Of a stretch of DNA of 64,000 bases, positions 30,836-46,132 are shown piece by piece (the first letter of the stretch is position 1; every line of letters starts with the position of its first letter). Source of the DNA: the human T2T-CHM13v2.0 reference genome, Homo sapiens. The position numbers and the translations under genes were made by a program. Below the pieces are notes generated by a model that was not told where the DNA came from, did no database searches, and saw only the letters and a program-made list of their open reading frames with translations. The DNA lies in NCBI RefSeq assembly GCF_009914755.1, contig NC_060942.1; one strand, given 5' to 3'.

Positions 30836-33800
30836 GATGTTTTCAAGGTCTGGATAAAGGATGCTGATTTAAACTGCGCAGTAAAGAAATTAACTGAATG
30901 AAGTTAATTGCAATCTGGACAGAGATGAAGACTCACATGAGATGACAGTACTGGGTCAAAGCGTGGTGTATTGGTGAAGGAACTGTTTCTTTTCCACCCT
31001 CTGAAGGTTTGCTGAAATGAACTAATATACAGATCAACAGGAGAAAAAGCACACAAATGTGTTAATGTGCAAGTGTACATGGAATTTGTACAAAATATGA
31101 GACTCAAAGAAGGACCAGGTGGCTGAAGGGTAAACAGCACTCTCTTCATAGGGGACAGAGAAATGACAGAATGTAGACAATTTTGGAATCTGGTTTTTAG
31201 GAGAATTAAGTAGGCCCCAAAGAGCAGACAATAGTTCGTAAATGATTCTCTTTGGAAACTGAATGGGACTGAAGAATAGGGCATAGCTTGTGACAAAGTC
31301 TGCCTAGGTGGGATGACATTCCTGTCTTCCTTCCTGTGATACGAGTTTAATCCTTTCTGGGCAGTGAAATTTCAGGGAGGGGAGTGAAGACCATTGTGTT
31401 TCTCCTGGAAGAGCTTCAGATAAGGAAACTTCAGAGAGACAGAGAGTTCCACTCTGTGCTGGGGGAGAAAGAGGAGAAGGTTAGAAAGTTCTTGGTTCTG
31501 AGGCTGATTCTAAGGCTTCTTAATTTCTTTTCATTCATACTGTTCCACGTATCAAAGTGCCATGCTTTGGAGTATTGTTTTCTAAGCCTCAACATTGCCC
31601 TGTCTAAAATTTTCCTAGAAGTTTCACACATTAAAAGCTGAGTTGGTGGCCACAGAAAGAAAAATTCAGTTTGTAGTTGAGTAGCAAATTATCTCATTAA
31701 ACCAGTCTCCTATTCTTAAGATAGGTCAGTCCAATTAAAAAGTTCTTTGTCATGTCAATAGGTGACATTTTAGGGCTCTATTCATGAATAGTTTCTCAAT
31801 TCTGGAGATATTAGGTAGGAAAAAAGTAAATGCTTCAAATCTGTTCACAAAGATATACTTTACCAAATTGCTGAAAGCTATAGCTAGCTTAAAAGGAACA
31901 AAGTTTCCTTAAATCTGGAAAACAAAACATGAGAAGAATAACCAATGTTTTGACCAAAAAAGCCATAAAAACCATGCTCTTTTGTCAGTTTTATTCCATG
32001 TGATTAATCTTTATTCTGCTTGATGTTGAGTGAGCAGTTTTCTAAGTTCAGTTTTTAGCAGAGTTCTGTAAATTCAGTCCAGTGGTATGAACTCAAAGTC
32101 ATTAGAAACCTGTGCTTATCAGAATTCTTTTCATATATCTCCTTGAATGTACAACACTTTAGGATTATAACTGCTTGCAAAGAACTTTCAGAAGAAGCAT
32201 CAGAATAAAGCAATTAACTGTGGGCAATAAGACTTAGAATAACCAAGGTTAAAGATATGATTGGAGTTCATTATAATGATGCAATTAGCATGAAAATTAT
32301 ATTATTTTGTGGCCTATAACAATTTAATAAGATAATCATACTATATTGTGACCAATGACATATTAGATTTTCAGGAATATACGGTTTCTGAACACTCACC
32401 AATAACATACTTATAAAATTTTAAGTCAAAAAAATTAAACATCATTTCTTATTTGTTAGTCCATCCAATATAATTTTAACATTTCCAATAAGCCTAATTA
32501 GTTTAATATTTCTCTGTTGAACTTTCAGGGGCCCCATGGAATATCCAAAAGATAGTTTGTGGTCAAAAAGGCTTATGTTGATTTTTGAGAGGTTTGTCAA
32601 GTATCAAACATTTAAAACACTAGGTCAAAATAAGATCACCAATCATTGTGAAATAATAGTCATTCATTTAGCCAGAATGATAATTAAAAGTCTTGAAAAG
32701 CAAATACAGGAATTTACATAGTTGTTAAAAAACAAACAAAAACTTTACTCTTTGAGAGGATACTTGGTTTCCTTAAGTAATCAAAAGACCTAATAAAGAC
32801 AGCATGAGGCACAAATAATGTTTCTCACCTCCCTCACTTCGCTTTTGCAGTTCACTTTAAAAGGTAAATAAAAATCTTTTGCTACCTCTTGGCAGTACTA
32901 CATGAAAATCTTGTTTAAATGAGAAGACCAAATTTTAGTTTTGTATCAGTGTACTTTTGATATTAAGGCTCAATTTTAAAACCTGTTATAATAAATTTAT
33001 GTAATCATAGTCAGTTTAACCACATAAGATTATCTTTTGCACTCTTCCCCCCATCTTTTTATATTCACTTCTTTTTGTCTATAATGTTTTATCTTCCACT
33101 TATCTATACTGAAATAATTTTTAATACCCTCTAAACTAGATAAAATTACTTTTTTCCTGAACAATAACACATGTCCATATATCTTTTTAAATAACTTTTC
33201 TCACCCAAAACACATTTTTTCCTTGTACACTTTGTATACAAAATAGTTTCCTTTATTTTTAGTAATTTTAATTACATATAATAATTAGAATTTTTAACCC
33301 TAAGTAGCCTTAATTTTCAGTGAAAACCTAGGAAGCAAGCAATTTTGAACTGTCACGTACCAACATTTTATGAATACATATCTTATAATTTTAAGAAATA
33401 TAGGCCTTTTCATAGAATAATTTTTCAATGTGAACTGGACATATTTATGTAAAGTAACCCTTGATATCCCCAAGAGCCAGAGATTAGGGAGTTTAATGCA
33501 AAAGAGAACAGAGCATCCGATCTGAGAGGAATACCACCCATGAGTTTCAGAGCTCCATGAGGGAGACAGAGGACCCCAAAAGTGGGGGGTCAGTGGTGTC
33601 TTTTGTGTGTCCTTCAAGGTGTCCCAGGGTCATCAAAAATCTCATTTAGGTTCTTCATGTGATAGAACTCTGATATTCCCCCTCAGTAATTTTTAATTTG
33701 CTGGCCGCTAAATGGAGGGGAACATATTTCAAATATAGAAGTCATTCCAATTCAAAGAATTCATCATCTGGTCATTAACAATTAGGATCTCCAACGGTGT

Positions 33801-34020
33801 ATTTATTGCAGTAGCAGCTCAATTCGATAAGCCTCTTCATGGAAAGACCAGGAGGTAATCTTCTAGGTTTAGAATAAATTTTTAGCGTGAAAGCAAGAGG
33901 CATTCTCAAAGAGGGTGCAGAAGATGCAGCTCTTAAGATCCCCCAAAATTCACTTTCAAAAATAGATTAAGATAGTGTAAAGACCTGTATTAGCATAGGC
34001 AGTTAAGAATCACATTTGCA

Positions 34021-34460
<440 letters not shown>

Positions 34461-35278
34461 TTATGGATGGAATTTATTAAGATAAACTTCCCTGAGAGCT
34501 TGGCACATTTAGACAAAGAGAATGCTGCTTAATAGCATTTTGTGTCTTGGGTTCCTAGTCTTTTCAGACTGGCCACCTGGCACAACCTGACAACTGTACT
34601 TCCCAGCTGACAAAGAACAAGAAAGAGAGGTTCTGGCTTGTTCACAAAGCCAGGATCTCAAGACACAAAACAAGACAAGCAAGGAACCTTATTCGTTTTT
34701 TGTTTCAGGGACCCACAGCAAAGTTTCTATGCCAGGCTGGTGAGAACCACGCACTCATCAGTCTATAAGGACGGCTCAAACAATGGGCTTATAAGGGCTT
34801 TAGGCCCATGTTCTACCCAAAAAAGGTTGTCCTTTTTACAACAAACAACCCATGAGACAGAGACAAAGGAAAACAAAGACCATTTCTGGGAAAAAAGAGA
34901 TCATCCAATATGAGTATTCATACCAAAAAAATATATACCAGAATTGCTATACGCAAGGACTAGTCTGTACAAATGATTTTATCCTACTCTTCTAAATTTG
35001 CAAAGAAAAAAGGAACAGGCAGTGATTTTTGCTATCCACTCAACCTCATTCCGTAAGCTGGAATCAGATCCAAGGGGCTGAGTAGTAAGAATTCCTTACC
35101 CTTTCATCAGCTTATCGGGTTCTAGGTTCTCACAACTGCAGTTTCCAGAGGAACAGAGCAGTTTTGCATATCCTGCCAACTGTGTCAAATCTAAAGGAGT
35201 GAATACAAAACTTCCCCTTCGCCCTCTGAAGGTTTGCCGTGAACTGACAATAGACAGGTCAACAGAAAAAGCAAACAA

Positions 35279-36229
<951 letters not shown>

Positions 36230-37026
36230 TGCATACAAATTTATTATTTAATAAATTTATTATTTCCATGCAAGTGTGCATGGAAGTTCATGAGACTCAA
36301 AGAAGGGCCAGATGGCTGATGCTTACATAGTAGCCTCTTCATGGGGGACAGGGTGATGGGAGAATGTAGACAATTTTGAGGTGTAGTAAATGATTTTTAG
36401 GAGAATTGAGTGGGCCCCAGTGAGCAGACTATAGTTTGTAAATAATTATCTTTGGAAACTGAATGGGACTGGAGGACAGGCCATAGCTTGTGACAAAGTC
36501 TGTCTAGGTATGGCGACATTCCTCCATCTTCCTTCCTGTGATATGAGTTTAATCTTTTCTAGTTAGTGAAATTTCAGGGAGAGGATGGAATGCAATTACA
36601 TTCCTTCTGGAGGATCTTGAGATAATGAGACTTAGAGAGATAGAGAGTTCCATCCACCCTGTGCTTGCAGAAAGAAACAGAAGTTCAAGTCCTTGGTTCT
36701 GAGCCTGCTTCTAAAGCCTTTGAATTTTCTTTAGTTCAAAGTGCTTAGTATGCCAAAGTGCCATACCTCAGGGTGTTGATTTCTTCCCTTGACATAGAAA
36801 TGAAAGATTACTAAGTTTTCAATTGGTGACACAGAATTATCATAGAAACATGTAGCCCTTAAACCCCATATCCAATCTAGTATCTCCAAACAACATCCTA
36901 GCCATGATTTGTCAATTTCCAATAACCAACCTCAGTTCACCCACTATAATAAATCTTCTAATGGGTAAATATATTTCCAAGATCCGGAAAAGCTAGAATA
37001 AGACATAAGTATAATTAAAGAGATCA

Positions 37027-37439
<413 letters not shown>

Positions 37440-37559
37440 TTAAAATATTTGTAATTTTAAAAGAATTTGGCATATTCGTTATTTTTGTCCAATTAATAAG
37501 CTTTATGGTTCCAATTTAAATGTGTAATTAATTTTAGAATTGTTTTAAAAGGAATAAGA

Positions 37560-37871
37560 TTTTTTTTCTTTTTTCTTTTTTTTTTTTTTGAGACCAAGTC
37601 TCACCATGTTACCAGACTGGAGTGCAGTGGTGTAATCTCAGCTCACTGCAACCTCTGCCTCCCAGATTCAAGAGATTCTTATGCTCCAGCCTGAACTGAG
37701 TAACTGGGACTCCAGGCATGAGCCACCACGCCAGGCTAATTTTTGTATTTTTAGTAGAGATGAGGTTTCCCCATGTTGGCCAGGCTGGTCTCGAACGCCT
37801 GACCTCAGGTGGTCTGCCCGCCTCAGCCTCCCAAAGCGCTGGGATTACAGCATAAGCCACCATGCCTGGCC
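37560..37871 (-). mobile_element. Alu (AluS)
   Basis: T-tail and dimeric body in reverse orientation. Confidence 0.94.
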
Positions 37872-38959
37872 AATTTTTAAAACATGTACATAATGTTTGA
37901 AGGTTTCAAAGCATTTATTTATGTTTATTATTTGTCTTACTATGTTTGCAAATGTAATGCATATAGATTTACAAGAGTTTTGTAAGTTCTTGGAAAGTTT
38001 CTCCTTGTTAGAGTCAACAGCTTGCTCTGTTGGGCATTCAAAGTTCTATAACAGAGAATAAAATCTGTTAAATGTATTGATGCATCTTTAAATGTTTGAG
38101 GAATTAAATTTGTAAATAGAACTGGTTGTTTAAGGACTTTCAGTCTTTTTAACTTGAGTTAGTTAAGTAATTAACCCCAAAAAAAGTGAAGCGATTTATT
38201 ATAATTTTAATAGAGTTTTACATAGAAAACAAGATTTGTAAGTTAAAATTTAAAACTTAATAAAATAGATTTAACATTTAAAAAAATTTTATAAACTATT
38301 AATTAAAAACTCCAGTACTGTAAGTAGTTCTTTCTATGCACAAAAGCCCCATATTCAGGACATGAAAAAATTATGCAAGGGAAGGGTACCCAAAATTCTT
38401 GGAAGAAAGCCAAGACTTGTGTAGAAATTATACTTGCTTTTTAAAGGAATGTTTCCATTAGAGAATAAAAAAGCCAGTCTTAATTTAGGAAAGAAAATTG
38501 TGATTAGATGTCATCTCAACCCCTGTATCAACCTCAGGAGGCCAGGATATCTCTGTCCTTGAAAATACTTGCCTGATCATGCCCATGAAACTGGGTTGTT
38601 GGCAAGTCATCTGTGGGCATCCCTTCAACCAAGGGGACCATGTTGGTTCAGGGGTGCTGGATTGCTCAGACAGTGAAGGATTCTACCTTGGCAGATAGTA
38701 CCTCCACATTGCTTTGGGCTAAGAATAAAGAGACAATAAAAACTGGGTAGCAGTCCCGAAATTTCTGTCTTATCATTATTAAAAGAACCAAAGTTGGGCC
38801 TGTCCCAGAAAGGGGTCTCATTCCTAACTCTGGCCGTCTTTAAAACATCTGTATGCCCACGTTGTCAACTCTGGTGAAATGCTGACCCAGGCTTGCCTTG
38901 TACTTCAATGTCCCATACTTTGCTTTCAGAGAGAAGCCAGGAATAAAACTGAAAACACA

Positions 38960-40400
38960 GTTTGGGACCAAATTGTGGAAGGCCTTAAACAAAGACCAAA
39001 GGGCATTTACTTTATTTAAAAGGCAGTGATAAATTGGCAAAGATTTTAAACACATGCATAAATTTATTCCAAAAAGTACTTTAAAAAGATTAATCCTTTC
39101 CAGTAGCATACACTCAGGGAAAGCTTTGAGATGAGAGACCAGTTAGAAGATATCACAAAATTGAACCTAGCAACTCAACATCTCACAGGACACATTGGGA
39201 GTGAAAGAGGGTACCAACTGAATGGAATTCTAGGTGGAAATCCCAGCTGCCCTTAGCAAACTAGGATGCATAGGGAAAGAAAGAAGGAAAGAGAGAAAGA
39301 GAAAGAGAGAGAGAAAGAAAGGAAGGAAGGAAGGAAGGAGAAAGAAAAGAAAAGAAAGAAAGAGAAAAGAAAGGAAAGGAAAGGAAGAGGGAGGGAGGGA
39401 GGAAGGAAGGAAGGAGGAAGGAAGGAAGGAGGAAAGAAGGAAGGAAGGAGGAAGGAAGGAAGGAAAGAAAAAAAGCAAAAAGACTTAGTGATTTACCTGA
39501 TTCAAGAGATTAAGAAGAAGGGAGAAGTCAAATATAACTTCGAGTTCTGGGTAGTTTGGAGAACACTGGTGCCACTAATAGAAACAGGACACACATTGGG
39601 TGCTGGGTTTTGGGAGGAGGTAACCAGGTGGAGATGTCAAGCAAACAACAAATGTTAAACCAAAGCCCAGCCAGGTTTAAAGATAGGGGACTCATCTCCA
39701 TAAGAAGGGAGAGAAAAGCAGATAGAGAAAGACAGTCTCAGTGGTACATTTATTGTAGAGGGAGGAAAGAGGAAGGATCATTGGTAAAGGAGATAACCAA
39801 CAAGCCAGAGTCATACGAGGAGGACAATCACCATAACAAAGGCCTTCAAGTGAGTTTGGAGAAAACAGGAGACCAAGGGTACCAAATGCCATAGAATTTT
39901 CCAAGTTGAGAAGAATAGAGCCAAAGCTAGTGGCTTAGCAATTAAGAAGTTACCAGTGCAGCCTGGGCAACATGGTGAGACCCCATCTCCACAAAAAATA
40001 AAAAATAAATTATCTAGGCATGGTGGCACACACCTGTGGTCCCAGCTACTCAGGAGGCTGAAGGAGGAAAATCTCTTGAGTCTGAGAGGTCAAGGCTGCA
40101 GTGAGTTGTGATTGCAATACTGCACTCCAGCCTGGGTGACAGAGCAAGACCCTGTGTTAAAAAATAAATAAATAAATAAAAGCACTGAACATCAAGAAAG
40201 CAATTTATTTAAAGGGATGGGAACTAAAGCTAGGTTGCAAGAGGGTAAGTAATGAGTGGTGACGAGAAAATAAAGACATCTTTCTCCTTCCTTTCCTTAT
40301 CAAACACTTAAATGTTTGGAAGTCCAAGATCAAACATTTAAATGTTTGATGATGAAAGGAAGGAGAAAGATATAAGGGTGCTTGGGGGATAGTCTAACCC
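38960..40400 (-). mobile_element. L2 fragments interrupted by a purine repeat and a truncated Alu (39958-40180, plus)
   Basis: GAGACCAGTTAGAAG; GAGAAGTCAAATATAACTTCGAGTT; GCTTAGCAATTAAGAAGTTACCAGTG; GGAACTAAAGCTAGGTTGCAAG resemble L2. Confidence 0.65.
39272..39475. repeat. Pure polypurine (GAAA/GGAA)n tract, ~204 bp
   Basis: No pyrimidine on the plus strand across the interval. Confidence 0.97.
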
Positions 40401-40907
40401 TGTATAAAAAACATATTTCCAGCAGCAAAATTCTAAAGCTAAATTCCGGTTCTCTACACAGGTAAGACATATGTGAAAACCACCTGATTCTCTTGGGCTC
40501 TGTCTATTCATTTTGGAGCAAGCCCAACAAAGCTCATATAATAACCTACAGCATGTTAACTTTTGTTTGAAGTCTCATAATGAATGTAAATTCTAGATTT
40601 ATTGTTTCGGTTGAATTCAAGTCAAGTGGTTCTTTGTGTTATTGGAATTTTGTCAAAAATCTCATTCCTCATTCAAATTCCCATTTAATTGTCGTTTAAA
40701 AGAGCGTGTCAATTTAGGTATATTCCATCTTGGAAATACAATTTTCATTTGTAAGTTACTCAAGAAAAAGAGAAAAGGAAAAGTGAAAAGAGCGTGGGAG
40801 GAAAATAGAGGAGAATGGCAACTCACTATAATTATATATATACACATGAAAGTAAGTAAAAATCTAGATTTGCTCATTTGAAGACTTGGTTGTTAAGCAA
40901 AACAATA

Positions 40908-41274
40908 TGAATAGTCAACAACTCATCATAGTTTTACTTGTGACTTTTTTTTATTTTATGAGAGTGCAAAAGCAATACACATCCATTAGAAACCATATTC
41001 AAGTACCCTTTAAAGTATTCTGTTTTTCACTTCCAGTACAGTATTCAATAAGTTGCATGAGATATTCAACACTTTATTATAAAATAGGCTTTGTGTTAGA
41101 TGAGTTTGCCCAGCTGTAGGCTAATGTGTGTCTTCTGATCATGTTTAAGATATGCTAGGCTAACCTATGATGTTTGGCAGGTTAGGTATAGCAGATGCAT
41201 TTTCAACTTGCAATATTTTCACCTTACAATGGGTTTATCGGGATGTAACCCCATCATAAGTTAAGAAGCATCTG
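40908..41274. mobile_element. MER47 (Tigger5-type) DNA transposon
   Basis: Right end ATGGGTTTATCGGGATGTAACCCCATCATAAGTTAAGAAGCATCTG-TA matches the recalled MER47 terminus. Confidence 0.75.
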
Positions 41275-41652
41275 TACTTCAAGGAAATAAAAATGTACTT
41301 AAATTATTTATCGTCCTGTGTGCTGTTCATCCAGTCCCAATCCGTAGCCCCCTCCCTTCACCTCTCTAGCTCATAGTCACTTTCAGATTATAGTTGAACG
41401 TCCCTTCCTCATCACTGCCCTTCAAACTGGCTTAAGATAATATGTTGTATGTGGCTTTCATAACCTTCAACATATTTTATTGTAATTACTTGTTTACTAT
41501 CTTTCTTCTTCACCAACCAATAGTTTGAGAGATTAGGAGCCATGTCTGTTTTGGGTACAAATCAGCACTTTGTGTAGTGCCTAGCACAAAGTAGGTAAGT
41601 GCTGAATAACAATACTTAGTAAACAAATAAAGCTCTCAAAAACATGATCATC

Positions 41653-42004
41653 TGTCTTAGTCTATTTGGGTTGCTATAACAAAAATACCATAAACTTGGT
41701 GACTTATAAACAACAAACATTTATTTCTCACAGTTCTAGAGGCTGAGAAGTCCAAGATCAAGGCACTAGTAGATTCACTGTCTGATGAGGACCCATTCCT
41801 TATAGATGGTGCCTTCTTGCTGTGTCCTCATATGGCTAGCTAGCTCTCTGGGGTGTCTTTTATAAGGGCACTAATCCCATTAATTAGGGCAGAGCCATCA
41901 TGAGCTAATCACCTCCCAAAAGTCCCACCTTCTAATACTATTACCTTGAGGATTAGGTTTTAATCTATAAATGATGGGAGCACACAAACCTTCAGACCAC
42001 AGCA
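41653..42004 (-). mobile_element. MLT1A-type MaLR LTR
   Basis: TGTCTTAGTCTATTTGGGTTGCTATAAC ... CAGACCACAGCA; TSD TCATC. Confidence 0.88.
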
Positions 42005-42707
42005 TCATCTGTCAACTCTGGATCTATCTTCTATCCCTGAGCAATTACAGCATATTTTTTGAATTCATAGAACCAAAGATCATAGTACTTCAGGACCATA
42101 AAGATACTTAATGATCTGATTTAAATACTTATATTTAGCAATAGGCCTTTTTTCCCCAAAATATAATTTTATAAATGCTCTCTAATGTCTAAGTGAGGTA
42201 AAAGAGAGCTATTGTGGATGAAGAATGGGTTGAGGGAACCAGAACCCCGTTTGTTCTGCCTTGAATTTCCAAGGAAGGGCAGCCACATGTACCTCATACA
42301 GCTCCACAGAGCCTTGGGCTCCACGGAACACCATTTGAAAACCACAGAACTGGACTTGCATCTTCACAATATATTAAAAGTTCTTAGAAATCAACAAGAA
42401 GAAAGACAAATTAACCAATAGAAAAAAATATGAAAAGTAAATTCACTGAGGAAGAAATATTGATGGCCAATAAAGACATATAAAGATGATGGGCTTTTCT
42501 GCTAATCAAGCAAGTGTAGAATAAAACATGAAGGAAAAATACTTTACCCATAATACTGGCAAAAATGCAAATATTGATATTATAAAGGTGAGAAATCATT
42601 GTTATGAAAGTGGAAATTGGGCAGCAATTCCAATTTTAAATTGTAATTGACCTTTGATCCAGAAATATGACTTCCAAGAATCTAATCTACAGAAATTCCA
42701 AACATGT

Positions 42708-43460
<753 letters not shown>

Positions 43461-45354
43461 ATATCTCTGTCCATTATTTTTATTTAAAAAAATTAGAAAC
43501 AACATCAAGACTCTCTGTGGAAGAAGATTTAAATAAATTATAACTTTAATACTATGAACACTATAAACTAATTTTTTGTAAATGATAAATAATAATAAAA
43601 ATAATGATAAAAGTAATAGTTGATGTAACAGGATGTTAAAGTGGAAGTTTTAACCAAGGCACCAAAATGCAGTAAATATACCACATCAAAGTAAAATATC
43701 AATCTAATTTTCAATGAAAATAATCCAGGAACCAGTTATTGAACTCTTAAGCATCTTGTTCCATTTGAAGACAAAAAATAATCAATTCATGGGAAATTAA
43801 AAGGATTCCAGAAATACTTCTTTGCCAAAAGTTGCTGATATACTATGAGTACTATCAAGATGGAAGGGTTTGGGGTACTCCTTGTATATCCAAGTTAAGG
43901 GAGAGGGACTCTAGTGAGACTACTCAGAGAATGAAATAAGCACCCCCTGAAGTTGGAGGAGAAGGAGGATACAATGAATTGTATCTGATCCCATCTGAGA
44001 AATCTATGAGGAGAGGTAGGCTGTGTAGCTACTGATGAATGAGTAGAAGAAATGTCTGTGTGGGGGTGGCCTGCACTCCCAGAATTTATGGAGACAAGAA
44101 GACCTGAGTAATTTCATGGGCCAGGTGTGGACCATGGGGGAGAAACAACCAGCCTGAGGTCTTCTTGGGACCTGTCCACCTGGGCCAACTGAGAGGGTGG
44201 ATAGGCCTCAGCAGAGAGAAGCTGATGGTAGCAACATATTCCTAGGGACCACAGAATGGGAAGGCAGCCAGCTGGAAGCAAACTCATCATTCTTGTCAAG
44301 GGAAATATAGGTGGGAAGTCCCAAGGGGTTGGAGGATACACCGAAGAACCCATGCAAACATCCATGAGAGAAAGAGCCTCTTGTTAGAGCTGCCAGATTC
44401 AGAAAACACAAAACTGGTCAATCATGAAATAACTTTCCTACCCACTTCTGCTACTCCTTCCCTCTGTCTGAACCCTGAAAGTGTGAGAGACCATAGAAGA
44501 TACCAGAAGACAGGCAGCAGGATAAGATGGAGAAATAACATGGAAAAAGAATAACTTGAACCCAATACACCTTCCCCAAGAGTGGGCTTCCCAACAACAG
44601 CAGGTTCTAGCTGAATAGAGGAGAGGTAAAAGGCTTAATTGTAAATCACGTTCAAAGTTTTGTTTCTCATCTGGTCTTGGATATTCTTGTTTTTGAATTG
44701 ACAATGTGTTTGCCACTCAAGGTGACTCTGGGACTTGTTATGACCTAAGGATGTTCAGAAGATTTGTGGGACTCCCAGAGCTTCCATCCAGGAGCAGGGG
44801 AAAAGAATTCTCCACTGAATAAAGCTTAAAGGGTCAGGAGATGATAAACACTTGCCTGGTGATGCTAGCCCTGCATGCTCCATGCTCCACGTACCGATGA
44901 TGCATTAACATTGCCAAGCACAGTGCTGAACACTTTATTGCATTATATCAGTTAAACTGCAGATGCTGCCATAGAAAGAAAACACCAAACAAATAAAGCA
45001 CATGCAATAGACTCCAATTTGAGTGTTTATGTTTGAATGTGTATATTTGAATATGTCCAGAGAAACAATGGGAAGGTGTGTTAGTCAAGGTTCTCTAAAG
45101 AAACAGAAACAGGATGTGTATATATGTAGAGAGAGATTTATTTTAAGGATTGACTCATACGATTGTAAGGCTTGGAACATTCAAAATCTGATGAAGAGGC
45201 TGGCAGGCTGGAGACCCAGGCCAGAGCTGCAGTTCCAGACCAAAGGCCACCTGAGGACAGAATTCTAGAAGGTGGTGGAATCTTGCATGGTCAGTATTTG
45301 TTCTCTTCAGGACTTCAGTTGATTGGATGCAGCCCACTCACTTTATGAAGGGCT

Positions 45355-46132
45355 TTGTGTATTTATTTTTATTTTTGGAGAAAATAAGCTTTATTATAAT
45401 GATTTGAGATTTTGTGCATGGTAAAGAGATACACATGAATCGTGTTTCTCCTATGTTTCATGACAGAATTAATTTAAAGTTTCACTGCAGACCAAAGCAT
45501 CCAAAAAACAGTGGTACTTTTTTTTTTTTTTTTTTTTTTTTTTTGAGACAGAGTGTTGCCCTGGAGTGCAGAGGCACAATCTTGGCTCAATGCAACCTCT
45601 GCCTCCCCGGTTCAAGGGATTCTCCTACCTCAGCCTCCCAAGTAGCTGGACTACAGGCACGAGCCACCATGCCCAGTTAATTTTTCTATTTTTAGTAGAG
45701 ATGAAGTTTCACCATGTTGGCCAGGCTGGTCGAAAACTCCTGACCTCAAGTGATCCGCCCCTCCTTGGCCTCCCAAAGTGCTGGGATTACAGGTGTGAGC
45801 CACCATGCCCAGCCCCACAGTCTCTTTTTAATGAGTTTGCAGATGCCAGACAATTCCTGCTCTGGTGTTGGCGGCATCAGGGACAGTGAGCTTGAGCTTT
45901 CCACCCCCAAGGGCAGCATGGGGAGTGGCAGGTGCAGGAATTCCAGCATGCTGCTCTGCTTGTTCCTCTTCATTCCCTTCATGTCCAGTATCTTCCGGAA
46001 GGCTTCTGTGTTGCAGTCTGTGAAGAGTTTGATGTAGTTGTCAACTAATACCACCAACAGTTCCTGAGGGGCTGTCACTACCTACCAAGGGAGGAGACAA
46101 GAGCAGGCCTGCCAAGGAAAACTCACAGTTGC
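45355..46132 (-). pseudogene. VPS53: Partial retrocopy (pseudogene) of the VPS53 3' end; coding part ~45816-46081; symbol refers to the parent gene
   Basis: ORF 45746-46078 [45 protein letters not shown]...[18 protein letters not shown] resembles the recalled VPS53 C-terminus ([45 protein letters not shown]...[21 protein letters not shown]); minus-strand AATAAA at 45390-45395 followed by a degenerate A-tail. Confidence 0.85.
45517..45814 (-). mobile_element. Alu (AluS-like) within the VPS53 retrocopy
   Basis: Dimeric Alu with a long T-run tail; no matching TSD pair seen. Confidence 0.93.

Noticed and set aside
39230-39658. Lys/Glu/Arg-rich and Phe/Leu/Ser-rich ORFs
   Set aside because: Artefacts of the polypurine simple repeat.
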